Part shown: positions 23,640 to 36,202 of the stretch, piece after piece
How positions within the stretch are numbered: the first letter of the stretch is position 1
Layout of the letters: every line of letters starts with the position of its first letter
Assembly (NCBI GenBank): GCA_001643675.2
Contig: LSRY02000021.1
Coordinates: 682,001-746,000, forward strand
Reading direction: 5' to 3'
Source: Monocercomonoides exilis PA203
Taxonomy: Eukaryota; Protista; Preaxostyla
Length of the DNA: 64,000 nt
Notes under the pieces: generated by a model
Databases searched by the model: none
What the model was told of the DNA's origin: nothing
The model's input: the letters and a program-made list of their open reading frames with translations, nothing else
Position numbers and translations under genes: made by a program

Positions 23640-25677
23640 CACTCACCAATACACTTCCTCCTTCGCTTTCTTCTTCTCTACCTTCTCCTCTTCCTTCTCC
23701 ATCTCTTCCTTCACCTCCTCGCTGTCCTCCTCTCTCTCTTCCTTCATCTCTTCAATGTGATATTCCTTGGTAACCAAAAATATGCCCAAATCCCTTTTCT
23801 TGTCTCTTTCTGCTGCATATGTTATGAATCTCATAAAAAAAAATATAACAGACCTTCGCTGTCAGTGCATTTTTATAATTAATGATCCTATAAAGCTCTT
23901 TCACTAGCTGCTTCAGCTCATTGTCCTTCAGTCGCCATTTTCTGCTATTTTTCTAACCTCGTTAGAACACCAGCGTTTCCAAGTTCCTTGTTCCCTCCTT
24001 GTTGTTGAGCACCCATGCCGAAATTCTAATATCGCAAGATATAAAAAATGAAAGGAATATTAAAATGTAAAAAATAAGAAATATTATTAAAACAGAAATG
24101 GAAAAAGTTATTTTTTAGAATTAATCAAACAAATTTTTGAGGGAATAATCAATCAATCTGATAAAATAAATGCAAACCACTTGTATTTTTGCATTCTAAT
24201 TCTTTTGCCTCCTTTTTCTTATCTTCCTCAGAATAATCCCTTTTCCATATTCTTCTTTTCCTTTCTCTCTTGAGTCTCTTGCTTTTCCCAGCATTCTCCT
24301 TCAATCGCCCGCCATCAGCCAACAATGCTCACTCCCATCGCTCATGCTCCATCCAACTCTTGCCCATCCCTCCAAACTTCACCCACCAACCACCACAATA
24401 AAATACTCCACCAAAATACCATCCACACCAAAACCAGCCAAAACAAGCCAATCTACGAAAAATCATCCTCAATGTCCCATCCTCATCTGACAGCAGCACA
24501 TTCCTTGCCTCATCACACTCTGCCTCCTTTTCCTTTCTTTCTTTTTCTCTCCCCTCGCTAAAATGCAAACAACCACACAAACAACACCAACCACACCAGA
24601 TGCTTCAAATAATTTATCATCGCAGCTTTCCACAGCATCTGAGGATCGCACTGCTTTTGAACAAGAAACAGCTGCAGCAGCAGAAGAAGATGGTGAAGAT
24701 TTTAAAGAAGCGAAGTGTCTTGGAGAAGAAGGTCTAATATGCTGGTTGTGAGGTGGCGACTGCTGCATCGCAAAGCCAGAACAACCAGCATTGTCTGCTT
24801 TTCCTGCTTTGCTATTGAATTTGGCGCTTGACTGAAGTTTCTGAAATGGGAAAGAATGCGAGGCGATTGAGATGAAATGATGAAAATGATGCAGCCAGCC
24901 GAGCAAAAAGGAGTAGTTTTGCTGTTCGGCTTCATGTTGAATAAGGAGAAAGTGGCTGGTCTGGTCAGACAGTGCTGGGGAAAAGCCGTAAATGGACGAA
25001 GGCGATGCAGAAGGTGAAACGAAAGAGGAGAAAGAAGAGAAAGTGGAAGAAGAAACGGAAGTCAGAGAGAAGTTGGAGGTAGTTGAAGATTGAGGCGGAA
25101 GAGGAACTTTCACTTTTCTTGTTCGTTCTGACTGGCTTACGTGCAAATAGAGCATCAAGCTGATCAATTCGATGAGAGTTGAGATGAGAAGAAGAGAGGG
25201 TGAAGGCAAATAAGATAGAAACGAAGAAGGAGATAGAGAACTGATTGAATGCCAGGACTGTATCCAAGGAAGATCAGAAGGGGAAGAAGAAGAAGAAGAT
25301 TGGATGGCTTGTGAAAAGCAATCAGAACCTGAAAATTCATTCTTTCCTTTCAACTTTTCTTCTCCTTCTCTTTCTTCTTTCTCTTCCTCCTCTTCTTTCT
25401 CCTTTTTCCCTCTTCCATTTCTTCCTTTTCTTCCATTTCTTCCTTTTCTTCCTTTTCTTTCTTTTCTTCCTCTTCTTCCTCTTCTTCCTCTTCTTCCTCT
25501 TCTTCCTCTTCTTCCTCTTCTTCCTCTTCTTCCTCTTCTTCCTCTTCTTCCTCTTCTTCCTCTTCTTCCTCTTCTTCCTCTTCTTCCTCTTCTTCCTCTT
25601 CTTCCTCTTCTTCCTCTTCTTCCTCTTCTTCCTCTTCTTCCTCTTCTTCCTCTTCTTCCTCTTCTTCCTCTTCTTCC

Positions 25678-25745
<68 letters not shown>

Positions 25746-26825
25746 TTCTTCTTCTTCTTCTTCTTCTTCTGTTTCTTCTTCTTCTTCTTCTTCTTCTGTT
25801 TCTTCTTCTTCTCCTTCTCCTTCTCTTTCTTCTACCTCTTCTTTCAGTGTCCATTCAAAAATGGCTGAGCAGAAGGCGAATATCATCCTTTCAGCTGAGC
25901 AGGCAACTGGATAGTCTTGCAGTGATGGAGTGCATTGAGGAGAAAAGTGAGGAGAGGATAGAAGCAAATAGAGAAAAAGGAGGAATATGGTTGAGAAGAT
26001 GAGGAAGAAGAGTATATTGAAGATATATCTTCATCTCCTGAATTTGAAGGTTCATCCTCACCATCTTGCTTATCCACTCCACTTTCTTTCTGCTTCACGA
26101 TCTTTTTCGCTTTGTCTTCAGGAAGAATCAGTAGTTTAAAGTGATTTTTCAACAGAACATTCAGAGCAGCTTAGATTTTGCCAAGTTCTTTATCGACTTC
26201 TTCAGCGCTCATTGAAGAAGTACTGGTGATGAAGAGAGAGATGGAGGAGAATAAAGAAGTTGAAATAAAGAAGAAGAAGTGGAAGAAGAAGTGGAAGAAG
26301 AAGTGGAAGAAGTAGAAAAAGAGGAAGAGGAAGAAGAAGAAGAATACGATGGCGATGATGACAAACGCATCAACGAACGTGGTGGCATCGCCTGTTTTGT
26401 TTCTTCGAAATTAAGTCCGAGTGCTTCGCAGCTCCTCCATTCCTTTGCTGCCATCCTTCCAAAGCTCCTCCTTTCCATCGCTCTCTCACATGACCCATTC
26501 CTCCTTTTCCCTCTTCGCTCCTCTTCCTGCCGCTGCAACACCTCGCAGCATCTGTCGGCGCATCTTCATCGCTTTCCTGGGAATCTCCTTCTGCTTTGCC
26601 TTCTTCTCCGTTTCTCATACAGCTTTTCCTCTTCATCTGCATCGCTTTCTTGCCCCTGCCCATCGCTCAAAAAGCTTGCAACCACCCCAACATCCATTTC
26701 CGCCTCCCATTTCTTGAAAGATGCTAACAAAACAAACAAACAAACATGTAAATCAACATATAAATCATCGGCCAAATAATAAAATTTATAAATAAAAAAA
26801 TTCATGCGTCTTTTTGCTAACATCC
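23640..26825 (-). pseudogene. Frameshifted, stop-interrupted, intron-containing Ser/Glu-rich gene relic(s) inside the TIR element
   Basis: Successive minus-strand coding-like pieces in different frames (26566-26823, 26209-26541, 25883-26152, 25350-25967, 24469-25854, 23643-23834) are separated by stops, frameshifts and AT-rich intron-like tracts (e.g. ~24035-24180, ~26727-26800). Confidence 0.6.
25465..25830. repeat. Polypyrimidine tandem repeat (CTTCCTCTT)n grading into (CTT)n; poly-Glu on the minus strand
   Basis: About 25 perfect 9-bp units followed by CTT runs; ~360 bp that is nearly purine-free on the + strand. Confidence 0.95.
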
Positions 26826-28128
26826 ATCAAAATTTTTCTTCTTTGTTTGCACATTTTTATTAATTAACATCAATTCAATCAACTAGTTCGTAAGTTTCAT
26901 TTTAACTTTTCTTTTAATAAAAATTATCTTTGCCTCTTTCGAAGACCTCCATTCGTCCTCAATTGAATTCTGATCATTCGTAAATAAGAAAGTCATCTTA
27001 AAAAATACTTAAAAAAAACAAGAAACCTTGCAATTTCGAATCAAATTTAATGAAACAATTATTTTTGTATTTTGAGATGATAGTTTATAAAAAGCAGTAA
27101 AAAAAATAATGTCATTAAATCATACTCAAGTTGGAATCTTCAATAATAGATAATTGGACTTGTTCGATGTTGTGATATCAAATAATTTTGATATAAATAA
27201 AAACTCAATAAATAGATGTTATAATGGAATTTTCTTGATTTTCTCAAAGAGACTTGGTTTTCAAAAATTCATTCACGATTCTTTTTCTGTTTATTTATAA
27301 ACATGTATTTTTGATTATTTCTAAATATACCACAATTACTTAAAAAAAGATCTTTCTTCGAACAAAGTTACGATATGAAAAATAATGACCCATTTCGTTT
27401 TTTACAAATGAAATTGAATACAAACCTTTTTGATGGATACCAGGTTTGAAAACAATCCTATATTTTTTATTTTTTGCAAAAATAACTTTTTATCTCCTGA
27501 GCACATGTGAAGAGTTAAAAAAAAAATTCAATTCGTTCTTGTTCACACTATTGAGCACAATCAAATTCAAAATTTTTTTCCAAAAGTTCTATTCTTTTTG
27601 AAATTAACACATTTCTCTTATCATTCACTTAAAGAAAAACAACTGACATGAGTTTGGATCTTTTAAAAATTTCCAAAACTTATAATGATAAATCATCATA
27701 TCGATATTGAATGGAATATTTTCGATTACAAATTAAACTTTTTCGATTTCAAATTTAACTTTTTCAATGTAGAATAATTTTTGGTGTATGTTCAACAAAT
27801 GAAGGTTGTTTTTTTTTTTTTTTTTTGTAAACATTCAAAAAAAAAAATTATTAAAAATTATTATTATTTTTTTGAGTTTTTATGAACAGTTTTGATAATA
27901 TCAAAAAAGTCAACATAATTTATTTCTCAATTTACAAAAAAAAATTGTTCTTTCAAAGAAAAACTACACTTTTTGTTTGCGGTTTCGAAATTGAAACATT
28001 TATCATTCAGATAAAAAAAAATATTTTTGCATTATGAACATCATTTGGTTATTTTTGAATATATTTTTTTCGCTTGTTTTGAGATCGAAAATACCCTCAT
28101 TCTTTTCTATCCCTCTTTAAAGTTACAA

Positions 28129-31100
28129 ATGACTTCTTCTGATGAACCGTCAGCCTCTTTTTTATTTGACACAGGAATTCATGGAGCAACAATGATTCAT
28201 TTTAATAAATTCCAAGAAATGTATATTTATAATTCATATTCACTAAAGTTTTTGTAAATATGCTATTTTCAATGTTTTCATTTTAGTTTGTTTTCATGGA
28301 TGTTTGGAATTTCAAAGGTATACTATATATTGTTTTTTTAGTTGATATTTTATTTTATTAAAAAATTTTTTTCTGTTGTAAATTTTTTATGCATTTTTTA
28401 TTTAGATGAGAGAAACAAACGTAATTTACCAATGGATCGTTAATTTATTTTGTGAAATTGAAATGACATTTCTTTTTTTTCAAAATATAATTTGGCCAAT
28501 GGAAACTCCTCATAAATTGAATAATTTTGCTGGATATATCACCTCAATTCATTTTTTAAGGAAAAGCAGCTTTACAATGTACATTCCATTTTGCATAATG
28601 CTGTTTTTCATCATCTTAATGTACATTGCTTCTATTTATCTCGCTTATATTACATCAACAAAAAAACAAATGAATCTGTCAGTTAAATCTTCAATTCGCT
28701 ATTGCGTAATAACTATGGGAAAAATGCTAACAACTCCTCTTCTTATCGTACTCACTACACCAATTACTTGCGACAGTAAAGGAAATATGCAATATTTATC
28801 AAATTCATCTTGCTTTCATTCCATTAACTTAATATTTTTCATTTTGAGTATCATCTTTGTATTGTTGTATGTAATTCACTCTGTATGCTTGTGCGCCTTC
28901 ACTTTCAGTCCTTTAATGAAACATCATGGACCATTTGCGTCTCCTTCTGGAACATTTAATTTTTTCCTTCAGCTGATAATTTGCGTTTTTAGTATTATAT
29001 GTAATATTTTACCTCAAAAACACATTTTGCAAGCAATCATCGGATGTGCGTGCTTCTTTCTACTTGCATTTCTATGTGTTTTGACTCAACCCTATTACAC
29101 AAGACTGGGCAATGCGGCTGTTGCTGTTATGTGTGCCATCCCTGCCACGGTCGGTGTATTTGCTATTATTGCTGCCCACAACTCAGACCCCAACTTACCA
29201 TCACCGCTGGAGGCTGGATCGCCTTACTCAACGACAGTCAAGCCTCCTCTGCGCGTTGTGTTTTGGATTATGTTCTTTTTAGCAATAGCTGCGGTCGCAG
29301 TGCTGACAGCTTGGATGTCTGCGAGTCTGGGGAGGAGGCAATGGCTGATCGACGAAAAAGGAAGGATGATCCAGCTGGGGAAGAAGAAAAAAAAAGGGGG
29401 ATATGCAGAACTCCATGAGAAAGAAGAGGATGAGGATGGAAGCGATTACAGCGAGAACAATGCACTCATGGACATCGAAGGCAATCAAAAGGGAGCAAAT
29501 ACAAGGCTTCACGGCAACGAAACGAGAGCTGGACACACCAAGGATGGGAATGGAAATCAGTTCGACGGAAAAGAGGATGAAGAGAGCAGCGAAGGAGATG
29601 ACAACAGCGACGAGGAAGATGCATTCGACAACAACACTTCATACAACTACAAAAACCCTTCACCAAAAAAGCCCTTTATGAGACCGACTGTTCCATATCT
29701 GACTCGCGCACTTCCCACAATGTCTGCTGCTTCTGGTCTTTCTACCCTCGAAAACGAGCTTTTTTCTCCTCATTTTGTGGCAAATGGCACATCGTCCATT
29801 CTGACATCCTCTGCAGACACGCCTTTGGTGCAGTCGCCTACGCCCTCTTCCTCTGATCTTCAAACAACACAGTTCTACAACTCAACTCGGCAGCGCCCTG
29901 TCGTCTTCTCGCCAACACCCATGTTCCCCATTCGCGGCCCACAGAACTTATCTGCTTCGCCTTTCGATGCAGTCGACCCGCTCGAGCGCAACGTGCAGAG
30001 CATCTTGTCTCCTCCGTTGCAAAAGAGTCTGATTTTTTCTCCGCCTCTGCCAATTCACCCAACCATCAAGGCAGGCGGTTCTTCATCGTCTTTGCCAGGG
30101 TCTCGGTCATCAACTCCGTCTTCCACTGCTCCTTTGGGAAACACACAGAACTCAGCGCGTAAAAAGCCCGAACCAAAATTAAGTTCGAAAACACGAAAGT
30201 TCAAACTCAGCTGCGAAGTGGAGCCAGCGACACGGTTTCTGCAAGTTCCACACATTCGACACCAGGCAAAGTACTTGCGCTTTGCCGAGCGCATATTTCA
30301 GTCTGGGCTGAAGAAGTTTCCGTCATCAGCGTCACTGGCGATCAAATACGCACTCTTCTCTCGCTCGATAACACACGACACACAAAGGGCACTGCTGCTG
30401 CTGAGACACGCAGACACACTCTTCCCGACGCTGATGAGCAGCTGGCTGATATATTCACAGACGAAAGAGTTGGAGGCGCAGGTTATGGAGCACAACAGCG
30501 GGACGGGGCATTTCTTCCTCGACAACGAGGCAGAGATGATGATTCAGATCAGAGAGGCAAAGAACGAGTGCGACAAGGCGCTGGCGTGTGCAGCGTGCGT
30601 CTGGATGAACCTGAGCAAGGCACTGAAGGGAACCGCATCGCTTGTCTCTGACGAAGAGAATGAGAGTGATGAGGAGGCATCTGAAGACGATCATAGCAAT
30701 CACAGCCACAACCACAACAACAACAATAATAATAACAATGAAAAGGAAGATGAGAGCAGAGCTGGGTATAAAGTGAAGAATATCCACAAGAAAGCACACA
30801 AGCACGCAAACATCACAAAGTCCAAGGCGAAGCTCGAAGAGTTCACAAAAAAGCCGCACCGCAGCGAGTTCTTGCACAGCCGCACGACATCGGTTGCCAC
30901 TTTTGGTGAGCCGCCGTCTGCTTCACAGCAATTCCCACTTGGCTCGTCTTCATCCTCTTCATCGTCTTCATCGACGTTGGCATTTCCAATGAGCCATGCA
31001 ACATCGACAGGCACCATCCAGGCGACGTCTTCTCTAGGCGCGTCCATCTCCACGCTCCGCACAATTCCTGTGGCGCGCATCGAGTTCTACGCGGTGGCAG

Positions 31101-34100
31101 CTGTAAAGCATGCGCGCAGCTCCTTCCAGCTGCTGTCGTCGCTGCTGTATAAACACCCGGACTCGACGCTGGTGATGCGCCTGTTTGCGCAGCTGCTGAG
31201 CTCAGTGTGCCACGACGAGGAGGCTGCGGAGATGTTCCTGGACGAGGCAGACATGCTGGACAAGCTGGAGGAGGAGAACGGGAAGGCGCTGGAGGCTGAG
31301 GCAGAGGGCGAGGGCGAGGGCAATCAAGGCGAAGAGAGCGAGTCAGGCTCTGAGCTCAACAACTACAACGAGGAAGACACGTCTTCTGACGAGGCGATGG
31401 AGAACATGTCTGAACTGCTTTCGAAGCTGCCTGCGCTGAAGCTGAAGCTGCCGATACAACAGCAGCAGTCTCAGCACGATGGCTCATCACAGGCTGAACA
31501 GGAGTTGATGCGGAGAAGGAGCAGCGGGGCGTCAGAGAAGGACATTGAAGGCGGGGTGAATGCGACACTGGGAGAAAGGATATTCTCAACGCTCAGTGTG
31601 AAGGATGCCCATCTGATGTCTGAGAACGAGATGGAGGTGACGTCGAGGTCTGCGCGGTGGAAGAGAGAAGATCGGGACAACGACCAGCTGAAGCGAGACG
31701 GCAAAGCAAGCTGCAGCTCCCCCGACGCACCGAGAAAGAAAGGGATGGAGACAGAATCGAGTGAGTATCTGCTGCGGAAGATTTCAGACAAAATGGACAG
31801 CAGGCTGTCGATCAACGACACTTCTGAGAAGATCACCACTGCCAGCACATCCGCCTCTGCGAAATCGACCTGCTCTAGACGTGCCATCGAAGGCGCTGGG
31901 TCGTCCTTGACGCGGCTGAGCAAAGCAGAACAGAGCTCGACGCTTCTGCTGCAGCGGCAGAGCAGCTCGCTCTACCTGCACAGCCAGATGCACCCGACCA
32001 TCCTCCGCAGCAGCTCCTCCTACGGTGACCAGCTTGCCCCGTCGTCACGTTCAAACAGCCGCCGAGAAGCTGTGCTGGAGCTCATCAACGACGGCAGCAA
32101 GCCGAACTTCCGCTCGTCGTCGCATGTGTTTGCGCTGCGAAAGCAGCTGAACAAGCAAGGGGCCGGGTCGAGCCACGAGACGCTGGTGCACTCGTCACGC
32201 AATGTGTCTGAGGTTGACGACAGGAACGGCGACGACACAGCCACACACGTCTCTCGCCCTGGGCGCACACGCATGGGCAGGGCGCTGAACATGTTTGACC
32301 GGAAGATGCAAACGAAGCGGCAGAAGAGCGCTGAGATGATGATGCGGTCGGTGCAATCGATGAAGATGAAGAAGTCAGCGTATTCATTCCGTGTTGCCCT
32401 GGTGCACATCATCGTTGCCTCTATTCTTGTAATCTCTTCCATGTTCTGGCTGTCCATCCACGAAGGGCAGGACATCATACACGCCCAGTGGAATCTGAGG
32501 GACATGGGGATGATTGCTATCCACGCAGCTTCTCTCAGCATCTCTGCACACGACCTCTACGCAATCAAGACACACCCACATGCCTTTAGCACAGACTCTT
32601 CGAGTCAAATGCATCTTCACACGTTTCTGGAAGGGTCTGTGCAGTTTCCTCATTTAAATCATTTTGATTCTTCATCATATTCGCCTCCTCGCTCACTTCA
32701 CAGCAGATCACCTCCACATCATTTGTATTCAAATACACAACATTCTTCACTTCACTCTGCGAACATTTCAAAAGTTGATTTTGCTTCTCAAAGGAATCAT
32801 ACACACATTTCACAATCAGAACAGCCATTTCATAGCTCATTTCACATTCATCCATTCTTTCATCACACTTCGTCGTCACTTCAGCCATTTCGGCAAACAC
32901 ATTCATTTCATCCTCAACACCCAGAAATAAACTTCACTTCAACCTCGGAATCACCATCAGTATCACCATCACCATCGTCATCTGCACCTGATCCACTGTT
33001 TATCTCAAACAACACAACACCTCCTTCTTTGCTTCATCCACACGCTCCAAATACATTCGAAGCAGACTATCCATACATCGAAGACATCAACACAGTCCGA
33101 ATGCGCATGAAGCACGCCTCCTCCTTCCTGAACTACTTCCTCAAAATGGCATACGACGAGTCTCCGCTCCAGTTTGAGTCGTGGAAGAACCATCTTTTCC
33201 GGCTGTTCTGCGGCACTCAGAACCGAACCACGGGAATTCTGCATGTGCAGAGCAAGTCAATTGGCCTGCTTGATCTCGTTGGTGAGTTTGCATCGACTGG
33301 ACACTTAGTGCTGGACACGCAGGTGGCGAGCAGTCAGACTGAAATTGATGCGCTGCTGCTGCTGCTGATGGATGGCCCTCTTTCTGTTGTGGAGGCGCTG
33401 AAGCAGGTGATGGCGACTGTTGTCTTCCACCTGGAGGCAAACCTGATTGTGTACCAGGACGTGTTTATTGGCGTCACTGCATTCACATTCTGCTTCTGCT
33501 TAGTTACAATTCTGTGTGTGACATGGGTGAATGTCAGGCGCGTCATCAAAAGCAGACGGAACGCCATCTTCCAGCTCTGCAACAGCTGCGGGAACCATGT
33601 TGAGAAGCGGCTTGCCGAAACGTATTTGATGCTCATTGGTGACGACGAGAGCAACGAGAAGCAGCAGGAGAAGGAAAGACTGGAGCAGCAGAGAGTGCTG
33701 AATGAAGGAATGAACATTCCCAATGCAAACAGAGAGAACACCGAAGCGTCTTCCATCCGCCCGTCGCCAAGTGTGATCAGGCTGAAGATGCAGCGGAGAG
33801 ACGAACTGCAGAGCAGCGAGATCAACCTGAAGGTGTATGAGTCAGCATCCCGCTTCGAAAAGCAGAACAGCCATAGCGTTTTACCAGAGAACTCACCGTA
33901 TGCTGCTGTTTCTGCAGCTGCTTCACAAGTAAGTACTGCAGAACAAAGCGACGGAGCCAGCAACAAGATCGGGTCGCCTATAAAGGAAGGGCTTTCAGAA
34001 CGGTCTGCTGCTTCTTCGGCTTCACGGCAGTCGATTCTCTCTTCAGGAAGCGAATCAGTTGAATCTGCTGCACACAGTTCAGTTGCCTCGCTGAGGCCGA

Positions 34101-36202
34101 TGTTTTCACAGCAAGCGAATCAGTCGCTGCATGGTAATGCTTCTAATTCTGTTCAGATGGCAAATTCAATTGGAAGCAGAAAACACGCCAAAGCAAACGG
34201 AATCGATGATAGCAATTTATCGCAACAAGATGGTCAACAAGAAAAAAACTATTTTGCACAGAACGCAAATGGTTTTACACCGCAAATCAATCCTTCATTA
34301 AATGCATTTCCTTCAAATTTCATCCCTTCTCCATTGTTTACGCAAGGCAACGAAATGCATATACCTCAGGATGCTTCATCTGACATTCCTTCTCCTTATC
34401 TCACCACACCCATGCCTTCTCCTTTCATGTACCCTCAATTTGGAGCTAATTACTATTCAACTCCTTCTCCCTTCCCTCAAAGCATCCCAGGCAACCAGAT
34501 GCTTCCATACCAGACTTCTCCATTCCAATTCGATTCAAACATCCAACCGAAAGATGGACAGCCTCCAATCAGCAGCGATTTCCTCCAACAGCAGCACATG
34601 CAACAGATGCAACAGATGCAGCAAATTCAGCAGCAACAGCAGCAGATTGAACAATTGAAGCAGCAATTGCAGATGCAGATGCAACTGACACAGCAGGCAC
34701 AGAATGCACAGAATGCACAGAATACTCAAAATGCACAACAAATGCAGCAAATACAGCAAGCACAACTGACACATCACTCACAGCAATCTTCTTCTGACTC
34801 TCCACCCAGCACTAACACCACTCCAACTGCTCCGAAGTTTGTGAAGGAGCATTCGCTTTCTTCGCTGATTGTTCCGCCTGCACTGTCGCAGGACGGCTCG
34901 ATTTCAGCTCAGTCAAGAGTCGATGCAGCAAACACAGCGAACACGAACAAGATGAAGCTGGCGAGATCTCTTTCGTCTTTGATGAACATCGAAAATCCGC
35001 TGAGATCGTCCAGCTCTCAGCTGCAGCAGCTGAAGAGAAGACAGACACGCGTCTTCGACTCCTCGTTTTCTCTGGCAGGCCATCCGTCTTTGCACCTCTC
35101 GAAGTTTGCTGCGAATGTACCCCATCCGCAGCAGTCGTCAAGGATCAACATGTTGGAAGACACAAATGCCCAGCAGAAAGGAACAACGCTGGACGAAGAC
35201 GAAATCGAAGAGCTGAAGGAAAAAATCGCGCTAATCAAAAACCCACTTTCGGGACATTTCTTCCTGTTCTTTGCGATTGGAGTGGTTGGGCTGATTGTTG
35301 GGTGGGTGCTGGCTGTTGTTCCTGTGATCATCTTCCTCTTTACTCTCCTCACATTCACACCAACATCGCTCGCTGCTGCCATCCGTGCCACGTCTGCCAT
35401 GCAGATGGGATATCTTGCACAGCAGCTTGTCTATCGCGACACACCAAACATAAACCAGGCGATTCCGTTGGATTATGTCACACACTCCACATGGCAAGGG
35501 CTGGAGCACATGAGCACGAACTGGGAGCAGATACGTTCGCTACTGTCGAACCAGATTGATTACTTTATCAATATCAACAGGCTCCTCCGCTACGGTTCTG
35601 CACCGAAGCCACGCTCAAAGATATTGGAGCATTACAAGAAAAAGAACGACATACTGCTGTTACACAGCGACTTGTTCTCGTTGATAGAAATCAAGCGGAC
35701 TACTGGCAGATGGAAAGAGCTGGACAACTTCAACCAGGTGACGCGGAGTTGCTTCTTGCTGAATGAAAGCGAATGCACACCCGAGCGATTGGGAGGGATG
35801 AAGTGCGAGTTCATTGGCTTTGACAATCTGATTGACATTCTGATCAAATACTCAGTGGAGCTGGCAGCCAAGCGGCAACAGGAGGATTTATCGCCTTCTT
35901 TGCACGAGTTTGGCTATGTTTACCGACTGATAAGGATGGATGTGGTGCAAGGGCTGTGCCAATATACAGAAATTCTATTAAACTGCAGCGTTGACCAGAT
36001 TCAGACAAACATTAATGTTGTTATTGGTTGCTTTGCTGCTGGAATCTCGCTGATTTTCATCTGTCTACTAATTGTAATGCATCCGCTTGACAAAGAAGTT
36101 AGCTCCATTCTTCAAACAAACGAGGAAATCAAACTGTTTTTGTGCCACACAGAAGAAGAATTGGATCCAGATGTGAAAAAGAGAGACCTTTCTGTTACAT
36201 GA
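28129..36202 (+). CDS. TmcB/TmcC (tiny macrocysts)-like multi-pass membrane protein, ~2640 aa
   Basis: N-terminal multi-TM block with VLTQPYY. TPR-like segments AERIFQSGLKKFPSSASLAIKYALF and PDSTLVMRLFAQLLSSVCHDEEAAEMFLDEA. Two later TM pairs flank extracytoplasmic domains. Two small 5' exons (28129-28220 and ~28288-28317) precede the 28406 exon. Confidence 0.75.

Larger units (their letters stand above)
21972..27391. mobile_element. 5.4-kb non-autonomous TIR DNA transposon with 463-bp TIRs and a 4-bp ATTT target duplication, carrying host gene fragments (Pack-type)
   Basis: 21972-22434 (GGGTCATTATTTTTCATATCGTAACTTTG...GAAAGAGGCAAA) is the reverse complement of 26929-27391, with no mismatch found by eye. 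ATTT lies at 21968-21971 and 27392-27395. No transposase ORF is present inside. Confidence 0.9.

Noticed and set aside
24469-26002. Poly-Arg (RGR)n, poly-Leu/Pro and poly-Phe ORFs
   Set aside because: These are alternative-frame readings of the CTTCCTCTT repeat, not plausible proteins.
21972-27391. Mutator/MULE or piggyBac assignment
   Set aside because: There is no 8-11-bp TSD (flanks AAAACATTT vs ATTTCGTTT), the 4-bp TSD is not TTAA, and the ends are GGG rather than CCC.
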